Part shown: one piece after another, positions 37,001-49,000 of the stretch
How positions within the stretch are numbered: position 1 is the first letter of the stretch
Layout of the letters: every line of letters begins with the position of its first letter
From: Macrostomum lignano
Lineage: Eukaryota
Reading direction: 5' to 3'
DNA: 64,000 bases
NCBI GenBank assembly: GCA_002269645.1
Contig: NIVC01000446.1
Coordinates: 372,001-436,000 of the forward strand
Translations under genes and position numbers: made by a program
Notes under the pieces: model-generated
What the model was told of the DNA's origin: nothing
Databases searched by the model: none
What the model saw: the letters and a program-made list of their open reading frames with translations, nothing else

Positions 37001-40000
37001 AACTACCTGAATCAGTTCTTCAAGTGCCCCGAGCCTACCTGGCTTATACTGCAATTCGAAGCACTTCGTCCCGGCTACCAGAACCGGGTCTCCTGCGCCA
37101 AGTACCTGGTTGAAGATTTTGCCAAACAGCCAACCGCTCACGCCGCTAATAAACTTGTCATTCTAGTTGTCAAGCTAATCCGATCTCATACTAATCCATT
37201 TACTGGCTTTGAATGCGGTCACTGGTGCTCCGCTCACCTGGAGGAGCTGGTTGCCTCCAGCAAGATTGCCGTTGGCTGTCTCGGCCGCCGTCGGGTGCAC
37301 GAGCTGTTCGCTACGGGTCAGCCAATGGAGGTGGACAGCGAACCGTCTGGCTCTGCCCAGCCAGAAGCCATCGACATTCGCCTGCTATTGCTGCAAAGTT
37401 TGCACGCCGCTTTGGCTATGCTGGCCGAAGGCGGCGGTGGCGGCGGCGTGTTGGATGCGCGATCAACTAAGCGCTATTCAATTCTGGCGAATGCTTTGAA
37501 TGGTTAGTGTACTGACTAACTGACTGACTGACTGACTGACTGACTGACTGACTGACTGACTGACTGACTGACTGACTGACTGACTGACTGACTGACTGAC
37601 TGACTGACTGACTGACTGACTGACTGACTGACTGACTGACTGACTGACTGACTGACTGACTGACTGACTGACTGACTGACTGACTGACTGACTGACTGAC
37701 TGACTGACTGACTGACTGACTGACTGACTGACTGACTGACTGACTGACTGACTGACTGACTGACTGACTGACTGACTGACTGACTGACTGACTGACTGAC
37801 TGACTGACTGACTGACTGACTGACTGACTGACTGACTGACTGACTGACTGACTGACTGACTGACTGACTGACTGACTGACTGACTGACTGAGTGGCTGAC
37901 TGACTGACTGACTGACTGACTGACTGGCTGACTGACTGACTGACTGACTGACTGACTGACTGACTGACTGACTGACTGACTGACTGACTGACTGACTGAC
38001 TGACTGACTGACTGACTGACTGACTGACTGACTGACTGACTGACTGACTGACTGACTGACTGACTGACTGACTGACTGACTGACTGACTGACTGACTGAC
38101 TGACTTGAGTGGCTGACTGACTGACTGACTGACTGACTGACTGGCTGACTGACTGACTGACTGACTGACTGACTGACTGGCTGACTGACTGACTGACTGA
38201 CTGACTGACTGACTGACTGACTGACTGACTGACGAAAACAAAACACAATAGTCTATGGTAATTGGCTGGGTGGGGTTTTTATACCTGCATAATTGGTTGT
38301 CAAACTAAGTCACTACGACGATCGCCATTTAATCCTTCACAGACCAGGAGTTCCTGGCAGCACTCAATGAGTACATAGTGTCCGCTCTGGAGCATAGAGA
38401 ATCAAACTCCTATGCCAACTACAATCCAAACGATTGGCTCAGCTTCGAGGCCGCTAAAGATGAGAATGTTACAGAGGCTGGTACATTTATGTGAGTTTTT
38501 CTACTGTTGTATTATTGTATTTATCTATGGGCTGCTGATTTAAAGTACATCGCGCCCTGTTTTTAACAACATCAATCCATGCAGGGAGAGCGCTTGGCGC
38601 AATGTTAAACGCAAAGTCATCCCAGCCCTGGCCTGCTTTGTGGCCTTCGTTGACAAGGAAGACAATTTGGACGGCTATTCGCTGCACCGGCGCCTGTGGC
38701 TGCGCTGCCTTCGGCCCGCGGCTAATCGCGACCAGCTGACCGCCAGCTATCATCAGGGAACCGGCGAGCTGCAACGGATTGACGTCCCGAGTTCGAGTCT
38801 GGACGGGCACCGATTCGTCGGCGCATTCCCGTTCGCCTGGTGCTTCGCCGAGCAGCTGCGCTCCCTTGCCCAGGCCTTGCCAACCGCTGTGCAGTCTGCC
38901 TCAGCTGAGGAGGCCATGGCTCTGGATTTGGCCCGACTACTGTCCGAGACTCCCTGCGGCAGGGCGTTGATTGACAGCTGCGACACCGGGATGACAGACA
39001 ATGTCACTGGCCTGTGGAATCAGTTCCTGCACGATCTTCTTCACATTGAGGTGCCATCGGCCACTGAGGACGACGTTGCCGTCCTGACTCCTGTGATCTC
39101 CGCCTCGGTGGCTGGTATGGAATCGGCGGATGTTGCGCAATATGGCGAAGACCCTGAAGGTCTTCAGCAGTCAACCAGTCTGGAGAGAATCCGGTCCGGT
39201 TCGCACAGCCTTCTGTTGGCCATCTGTCGCGTCTATGTAGCCGTCTCCGGTGCCAAGCCGCACCTGACCTGCGCCATGCGGCTGCTGCACCGCGTCAAAG
39301 GTCTCCAGCTGCCGCCTGTTGACGCATGCGTTGGTGGACCGGCCGCGTTGCCACTGGTAAGTAAACTGCAGTGCTGCCGCAGTGCCGCAGCCTCATACCC
39401 CTCCAGAATCTCCGCTCATGCCCTGCCAGAATCTCCCCTCGTGCCCCGCTAGAATCTCCCCTCATACCCCTCCAGAATCTCCGCTCATGCCCTGCCAGAA
39501 TCTCCCCTCGTGCCCCGCTAGAATCTCCCCTCATACCCCTCCAGAATCTCCGCTCATGCCCTGCCAGAATCTCCCCTCGTGCCCCGCTAGAATCTCCCCT
39601 CATACCCCTCCAAAATCTCCCCTCATGCCCCGCCAGAATCTCGCCTCATGCCCCTCCAGAATCTCCCCTCATGCTTCACTAGAATCGCCCCTCATGCCCC
39701 ACTAGAATCCCCCCTCATGCTCCGCCAGAATCTCCTCTCATGCCCCACTAGAATCTTCCATCATGCCCCACTAGAATCGCCCCTCAATGCCTCACTAGAA
39801 TCGCCCCTCAATGCCTCACTAGAATCGCCCTTCAATGCCTCACTAGAATTGCCCTTCAATGCCCCACTAGAATCGCCCTTTAATGCCTCACTAGAATCGC
39901 CCTTTAATGCCTCACTAGAATCGCCCTTCAATACCTCACTAGAATCGCCCCTCAATGCTTCACTAGAATCGCCCTTCAATGCCTCACTAGAATCGCCCCT

Positions 40001-43000
40001 CAATGCCTCACTAGAATCGCCCTTCAATACCTCACTAGAATCGCCCCTCAATGCTTCACTAGAATCGCCCCTCAATGCCTCACTAGAATCGCCCTTTAAT
40101 GCCTCACTAGAATCGCCCTTCAATGCCTCACTAGAATCGCCCTTCAATGCCTCACTAGAATCGCCCCTCAATGCCTACTAGAATTGCCCTTCAATGCCTC
40201 ACTAGAATCGCCCCTCAATGCCTACTAGAATTGCCCTTCAATGCCTCACTAAAATCGCTCCTCAATGCTTCTCTAGAATCGCCCTTCAATGCCTCACTAG
40301 AATCGCCCTTCAATGCCTCTTAGAATCGCCCCTCAATGCCTCTTAGAATCGCCCCTCAATGCCTCACTAGAATCGCCCTTCAATGCTTCACTAGAATCGC
40401 CCTTCAATGCTTCACTAGAATCGCCCCTCAATGCCTCTTAGAATCGCCCTTCAATGCCTCACTAGAATCGCCCCTCAATGCCTCTTAGAATCGCCCCTCA
40501 ATGTCTCACTAGAATCGCCCCTCAATGCCTCTTAGAATCGCCCCTCAATGCCTCACTAGAATCGCCCTTCAATGCTTCACTAGAATCGCCCTTCAATGCT
40601 TCACTAGAATCGCCCTTCAATGCTTCACTAGAATCGCCCTTCAATGCCTCACTAGAATCGCCCCTCAATGCCTCTTAGTATCGCCCCTCAATGCCTCACT
40701 AGAATCGCCCCTCAATGCCTCTTAGTATCGCCCCTCAATGCCTCACTAGAATCGCCCCTCAATGCCTCTTAGTATCGCCCCTCAATGCCTCACTAGAATC
40801 GCCCCTCAATGCCTCTTAGAATCGCCCTTCAATGCTTCACTAGAATCGCCCTTCAATGCCTCACTAGAATCGCCCCTCAATGCCTCTTAGAATCGCCCTT
40901 CAATGCCTCACTAGAATCGCCCCTCAATGCCTCTTAGAATCGCCCCTCAATGCCTCACTAGAATCGCCCCTCAATGCCTCTTAGAATCGCCCCTCAATGC
41001 CTCACTAGAATCGCCCTTCAATGCTTCACTAGAATCGCCCTTCAATGCTTCACTAGAATCGCCCTTCAATGCTTCACTAGAATCGCCCTTCAATGCTTCA
41101 CTAGAATCGCCCTTCAATGCCTCACTAAAATCGCCCTTCAATGCTTCACTAGAATCGCCCTTCAATGCCTCACTAGAATCGCCCCTCAATGCCTCTTAGT
41201 ATCGCCCCTCAATGCCTCACTAGAATCGCCCCTCAATGCCTCTTAGAATCGCCCCTCAATGCCTCACTAGAATCGCCCTTCAATGCTTCACTAGAATCGC
41301 CCTTCAATGCTTCACTAGAATCGCCCTTCAATGCCTCACTAAAATCGCCCTTCAATGCTTCACTAGAATCGCCCTTCAATGCCTCACTAGAATCGCCCTT
41401 CAATGCTTCACTAGAATCGCCCCTCAATGCCTCACTAGAATCGCCCCTCAATGCCTCTTAGAATCGCCCCTCAATGCCTCACTAGAATCGCCCTTCAATG
41501 CTTCACTAGAATCGCCCTTCAATGCTTCACTAGAATCGCCCTTCAATGCCTCACTAGAATCGCCCCTCAATGCCTCTTAGAATCGCCCCTCAATGCCTCA
41601 CTAGAATCGCCCCTCAATGCCTCTTAGAATCGCCCCTCAATGCCTCACTAGAATCGCCCTTCAATGCTTCACTAGAATCGCCCTTCAATGCTTCACTAGA
41701 ATCGCCCTTCAATGCTTCACTAGAATCGCCCTTCAATGCTTCACTAGAATCGCCCTTCAATGCCTCACTAAAATCGCCCTTCAATGCTTCACTAGAATCG
41801 CCCCTCAATGCCTCACTAGAATCGCCCTTCAATGCTTCACTAGAATCGCCCTTCAATGCTTCACTAGAATCGCCCTTCAATGCTTCACTAGAATCGCCCT
41901 TCAATGCTTCACTAGAATCGCCCTTCAATGCTTCACTAGAATCGCCCTTCAATGCCTCACTAGAATCGCCCCTCAATGCCTCTTAGAATCGCCCCTCAAT
42001 GCCTCACTAGAATCGCCCCTCAATGCCTCTTAGAATCGCCCCTCAATGCCTCACTAGAATCGCCCCTCAATGCTTCACTAGAATTGCTCCTCTTTGAGTC
42101 ATGAAATAGCTCTACTATACTATAATGCGCAGCCCTGAATGCCCCCATTATCCAGATCCTATTCGAGTCATTCTACCAGCAGCTAAACAAGAGCAGGTAC
42201 GATCTGAACAAGCCGCATACCCGGGCCCGCTGGATGGCTCAGGTGTCCAATTGTCAGAGCGTTGTGCAGTCGATACTAGATCAGTACTGTACAAACCCGC
42301 GGGACTCCCATCGCCAGCTGTGGGACCGGGTTCAGTGCGTGACATTCTTCTTGCGCCACGTTTCCATGCCGTTTGATGCCGAGCATGAACTGGAAGACTT
42401 TCTTATTAAGCCTATTCAGCTTTGGAGTGTGAGTGAATTTCTGTTCACTGATTAATAACACATTAATAAAATTGGATTTGTCACCATTTTAGCATGCGAT
42501 CGTTCTCTGGACGGTCACCCAGTAACGCTTAAAAAATTATTGTCACAGACTAAAGCTGCATTATCAAGAGGGTCAAAAACTAAGATTGCATTATCACCCG
42601 TATAAAAGTCGGACCGTCACATTTTGTCTATGTGACCACTCACTCAAATGTGACAGTCAAATAAACTGTCCCACTTTTATACGGGTCAAGGTCATAAACT
42701 GAGGCTGCATTATCAATAAGGTCATAGACTGAGGCTGCATTATCGAGAGGGTCATTAACTAAGGCTGCATTATCGAGAGAGTCATAAACTAAGGCTGCAT
42801 TATCAAAAGGGTCATAAACTAAGGCTGCATTATCAAAAGGGTCATAAACTGAGGCTGCATTATCAATAAGGTCATAAACTAAGGCTGCATTATCAATAAG
42901 GTCATAAACTGAGGCTGCATTATCAATAAGGTCATAAACTAAGGCTGCATTATCGAGAGGGTCATTAACTAAGGCTGCATTATCGAGAGAGTCATAAACT

Positions 43001-46000
43001 AAGGCTGCATTATCAAAAGGGTCATAAACTAAGGCTGCATTATCAAAAGGGTCATAAACTAAGGCTGTATTATCAAAAGGGTCATAAACTAAGGCTGCAT
43101 TATCAAAAGGGTCATAAACTAAGGCTGCATTATCGAGAGAGTCATAAACTAAGGCTGCATTATCGAGAGGGTCATTAACTAAGGCTGCATTATCGAGAGA
43201 GTCATAAACTAAGGCTGCATTATCGAGAGGGTCATAAACTAAGGCTGTATTACCAAAAGGGTCATAAACTAAGGCTGCATTATCAAAAGGGTCATAAACT
43301 AAGGCTGCATTATCGAGAGGGTCATAAACTAAGGCTGCATTATCGAGAGGGTCATTAACTAAGGCTGCATTATCGAGAGGGTCATAAACTAAGGCTGCAT
43401 TATCGAGAGGGTCATTAACTAAGGCTGCATTATCGAGAGAGTCATAAACTAAGGCTGCATTATCAAAAGGGTCATAAACTAAGGCTGCATTATCGACTAT
43501 CGAGAGGGTCATAAACTAAGGCTGCATTATCAAAAGGGTCATAAACTAAGGCTGCATTATCGAGAGGGTCATTAACTAAGGCTGCATTATCGAGAGAGTC
43601 ATAAACTAAGGCTGCATTATCAAAAGGGTCATAAACTAAGGCTGCATTATCGACTATCGAGAGGGTCATAAACTAAGGCTGCATTATCAAAAGGGTCATA
43701 AACTAAGGCTGCATTATCGACTATCGAGAGGGTCATAAACTAAGGCTGCATTATCGAGAGGGTCATTAACTAAGGCTGCATTATCAAGAGGGTCATAAAC
43801 TAAGGCTGCATTATCAAAAGGGTCATAAACTAAGGCTGCATTATCGACTATCGAGAGGGTCATAAACTAAGTCTGCATTATCAAAAGGGTCATAAACTAA
43901 GGCTGCATTATCGAGAGGGTCATTAACTAAGGCTGCATCAGACCGTTTATGATCATGATAACACAGATACGCTCAAACTTTTACGACCTATTGCATTTTA
44001 CCCGATGTTTCTGTTCAACACCTGTAGTTGCTTGAGCGCGAAAAAATAGCATTCCAAGAGGCCGAGTGCATCAAATCTTTGGAAAGAATTCTTGAAAATG
44101 CAAACGAATCGGTGCGCGCGAAAGTTATGAGGTAAGTATTGCTATATACTAAATTAAAATGATGATAAAATCACAATAAACTTACTTTCTTAGTTTCTTA
44201 GAAGCATGAAAACTTTTATCGAAATCTGTTGTCTTCTATTTATCAATGAAAGTTTCTATCTATCCTCGCCAATTCTCAGGGTCACAAGGTGTCAGCTTTG
44301 CGAGGACTCGCGTAGCACCATCGCGGCGTTGAGCTGCGGCGATCATCTCTGCGGTCGGTGCCTTCGTCTGGCAGTTTCTGGCGGCCACAAAACCAAGAAC
44401 TCCTGTCCGCGCTGCCGCAAACAGCTCACCGAATCGGACGCTAAGAAAGCCGCTAAAGCCGCCGCTGGACCGCATCCTTTATTAGAAAAGTTTAGAAATC
44501 GATGCAACGCCTTCCTAATGGACGTCGTGTCCCGGTTATGCTTCGGATCTAACATGCGCCAGGCGCCCAAACCAGAACTATGTGCCTATCTGCTTAACTA
44601 TGTCACTCGGTTGGTGGAAATATTTATTTTTACTTATCTATTAAACGGTTTCTCAGATAATCTTCTTCAGGAGTCTCTTCACTGATTGAGTTAAAGACGG
44701 CATCTCAGCAACTCCCCCGTTGAGCCAATTGGCATCTGAGCAACTCCCCCTATTGAGCCAATTGGCATCTCAGCAACTCCCCCCATTGAGCCAATTGGCA
44801 TCTCAGCAACTCCCCCCATTGAGCCAATTGGCATCTCAGCAACTCCCCCCATTGAGCCAATTGGCATCTCAGCAACTCCCCCCATTGAGCCAATTGGCAT
44901 CTGAGCAACTCCCCCCATTGAGCCAATTGGCATCTCAGCAACTCCCCCCATTGAGCCAATTGGCATCTCAGCAACTCCCCCCATGGAGCCAATTGGCATC
45001 TCAGCAACTCCCCATTGAGCCAATTGGCATCTCAGCAACTCCCCCCATTGAGCCAATTGGCATCTCAGCAACTCCCCCCATTGAGCCAATTGGCATCTGA
45101 GCAACTCCCCCCATTGAGCCAATTGGCATCTCAGCAACTCCCCCCATTGAGCCAATTGGCATCTCAGCAACTCCCCCCATGGAGCCAATTGGCATCTCAG
45201 CAACTGTTCCATGAGATACCACAAACTTACTGTTTAGTATACATAAACATTTCATTTAGCTTATTTAGCTTTATATGCTGATACAAAACTTGTATAAAAG
45301 TTCAGCGTCCCTTATATAAGAATTGTTGACGAGTTGTATTTTATTAATTTCGGAAACAAGCCTAGTTAAATAATTTGCCGTATTGTAATTTCAGGTGCAG
45401 TCCCGACGACAATTTTGGCTTCTTCCAAGACCGCTCAGACGGTGAAGGCGTGGTTTTCCGGTCTTATGTACTGCAGTTACTACTGTCCTATCATCATGAA
45501 CTAGTAGTAGAGCAACTCACTGAGCACTTAACTCATGTGCTGATCTTAATTCAGCCTGAGGAGGAATTCCATCTGCGGCTAATTATATTGCACTGCTTTG
45601 AAGATGCCTGTTTGGTTGAATTGACGAGGTAAGCGCTATTTCATTTGAGTGGGGCGCCGTTTCATTTGAGTGAGGCGCCGTTTCATTTGAGTGGGCGCCG
45701 TTTCATTTGAGTGAGGCGCCGTTTCATTTGAGTGGGGCGCCGTTTCATTTGAGTGGAGCGCTGTTTCATTTGAGTGGGGCGCCGTTTCATTTGAGTGGAG
45801 CGCTGTTTCATTTGAGTGGGGCGCCGTTTCATTTGAGTGGAGCGCTGTTTCATTTGAGTGGGGCGCCGTTTCATTTGAGTGAGGCGCCGTTTCATTTGAG
45901 TGAGGCGCCGTTTCATTTGAGTGGGGCGCCGTTTCATTTGAGTGAGCGCCGTTTCACGTGGAGGCGCCGTTTCATTTGAGTGGGGCGCCGTTTCATTTGA

Positions 46001-49000
46001 GTGGGGCGCCGTTTCATTTAAGTGAGGCGCCGTTTCATTTGAGTGGGGCGCCGTTTCATTTGAGTGAGCGCCGTTTCACGTGGAGGGCGCTATTTCATTT
46101 GAATGGGGGCGCCGTTTCACGTGGGGGGCGCTATTTCATTTGAATGGGGGCGCTATTTCATTTGAATGGGGGCGCCGTTTCACGTGGGGGGCGCTATTTC
46201 ATTTGAATGGGGGCGCTATTTCATTTGAATGGGGGCGCCGTTTCACGTGGGGGGCGCTATTTCATTTGAATGGGGGCGCCGTTTCATTTGAGTAGAGTGC
46301 TGTTTCACGTGGGGGGCGCTTTTTCATTTGAGCGGGGACACAATCTCATTTGAGTTGGGGACACAATCTCGTTTGAGTGGAGACACAATCTCATTTGAGT
46401 TGGGGACACAATCTCATTTGAGTTGGGGACACAATCTCATTTGAGTTGGGGACACAATCTCATTTGAGTTGGGGACACAATCTCATTTGAGTTGGGGACA
46501 CAATCTCATTTGAGTTGGGGACACAATCTCATTTGAGTTGGGGACACAATCTCATTTGAGTTGGGGACACAATCTCATTTGAGTTGGGGACACAATCTCA
46601 TTTGAGTTGGAGACACAATCTCATTTGAGTTGGGGACACAATCTCATTTGAGTTGGAGACACAATCTCATTTGAGTTGGAGACACAATCTCATTTGAGTT
46701 AGAGACACAATCTCGTTTGAGTGGAGACACAATCTCATTTGAGTTGGAGACAAAATCTCATTTGAGTTAGAGACACAATCTCGTTTGAGTGGAGACACAA
46801 TCTCATTTGAGTTGGAGACAAAATCTCATTTGAGCGGGGACACAATATTATTTGAGTTGTGGAAACAATCTTATTTGAGTTGGAGACAATCTTATTTGAG
46901 TTGGGGAAACAATCTCATTTGAGTTGGGACACAATCTCATTTGAGTTGGGGAAACAATCTTATTTGAGTTGTGGAAACAATCTTATTTGAGTTGTGAAAA
47001 CAATCTTATTTGAGTTGTGAAAACAATCTTATTTGAGTTGTGGAAACAATCTTATTTGAGTTGGAGACAATCTTATTTGAGTTGGGGAAACAATCTTATT
47101 TGAGTTGGGACACAATCTTATTTGAGTTGGGGAAACAATCTTATTTGAGTTGGGACACAATCTTATTTGAGTTGTGGAAACAATCTTATTTGAATTGTGG
47201 AAACAATCTTATTTAAGTTGGGGAAACAATCTTATTTGAGTTGTGGAAACAATCTTATTTGAGTTGTGGAAACAATCTTATTTGAGTTGGGACACAATCT
47301 TATTTGAGTTGGGGAAACAATCTTATTTGAGTTGTGGAAACAATCTTATTTGAGTTGGGGAAACAATCTTATTTGAGTTGGGGAAACAATCTTATTTGAG
47401 TTGGGACACAATCTTATTTGAGTGAGGACACAATCTTATTTGAGTTGGAGACAATCTTATTTGAGTTGGGGAAACAATCTTATTTGAGTTGGGACACAAT
47501 CTTATTTGAGTGGAGACAATCTTATTTGAGTTGGAGACAATCTTATTTGAGTTGTGGAAACAATCTCATTTGAGTTACAGACAATCTCATTTGAGTTACA
47601 GACCATCGCCATCTAAATGGGTCTTTTGCGGCGCCAAATGTCATAATTTTGGAACAGAACCCCACCTTGGCCGCGCCCCTTGCTCCTACTGATGCCAGAC
47701 ACAATCGCCTCGTCACACACTCAGGATGGACCCCGAGCGCCGCTGGCGTCAAGCTCTCGACTGGCTGTCCACCAATCTGCCGCAGCCATTGCCGCCAGCT
47801 GTTAGCGCCGGGTCCAACTCAGTCACGCCAGCCTTTGTGTCCAGCCTGATTGGACAGCTGCGTCGACTCGCCACGTGGCGTATTGGCCTTGCCCTGCTGG
47901 CTAACAGAATCATTGCCAGCGGGTCTGTTGCTTCAGCTCTGGGCAGTGCCGATCTTCTCCAGCGGCTGGCAGACAAGCATCAGGTATATCATTATAGCCG
48001 TTGTGTTAGCGCTTTACTTTCTACGAGTATTCATTTCAAGTAGACTCAACAGAGTCGTTATAAATTCGAAATGCGTTTCTAAATTCATTAAGTCACACAG
48101 ATGCGCTTTAGATGCAACCACAGAATAACTAGATGGGCCAGTCAGCACATTTGCGTGTAAGCTACTGTCAGTTCAGTAGTATGTTAAACCGGAGCATTTT
48201 TATGTATTTTTAAAAGCCAAGGCTCATTTATTGGCTCTTTCCCCACAGCTGAAACCCTCCAACCGCGCCTTTCCACTCTACCCCCCCCCCCTGCCCTGCC
48301 CCAATTTTTATTGCTTTTCTCGGAATTCCAGCTTAAAGCGGCCATGTACATTTCAGTGGACTGGCCAATGTACATTATTGCTGAACCAATTAGCAAGTTG
48401 TTTACGCCTGCAAGCTTTTGGGGCTTCTAAACTTATCAAAGTAATTTCAGCTGCCTTTATTTTTATAAAATAGCTTATGTATTCTTCTTTGCTACTGAAC
48501 TGAAAGTAGAAAGCTGTTTTACTAAGTATTTATGCCTGAGTTGCCCATCTAGTTATTTTAGTATCTGTGGACGCAACTCAGACAACTCAAACGACGTTGG
48601 GCCTATAGCACATGTAGATAGAAAGAAACGCCTACTAATTGACAGGCCTGGCCTCGTATCTACCTGCTCCGCTGCCTGTGCCGTCGGCTCGGCGTGTCAG
48701 CTGGCCTGGCAGCTCTGCGCCGCGATCCCACAGGCCTCGGCGTCGTCTTTGCCGCCGAGCTGAGAAGCCTCGAAGGCCGCTGTCAGGAGCCCGAGCTGCT
48801 GCTCTGTCTGTCGCCTGCTTATCGAAAACTGCGTGACGCTTTTTGGACCGGCTATTTGTCTGGAAAGCCCGAGTTCTGGGCCGCGATGAAGGTGGGTTGC
48901 AAATCATTTCGGATTTTATTCGGATTTACTAAACCGTAGCGGCCCCTGGTTCAATTCAAGGACTACTAAAGTACGAGTAGAAGGACGCAACACTCGAAAT

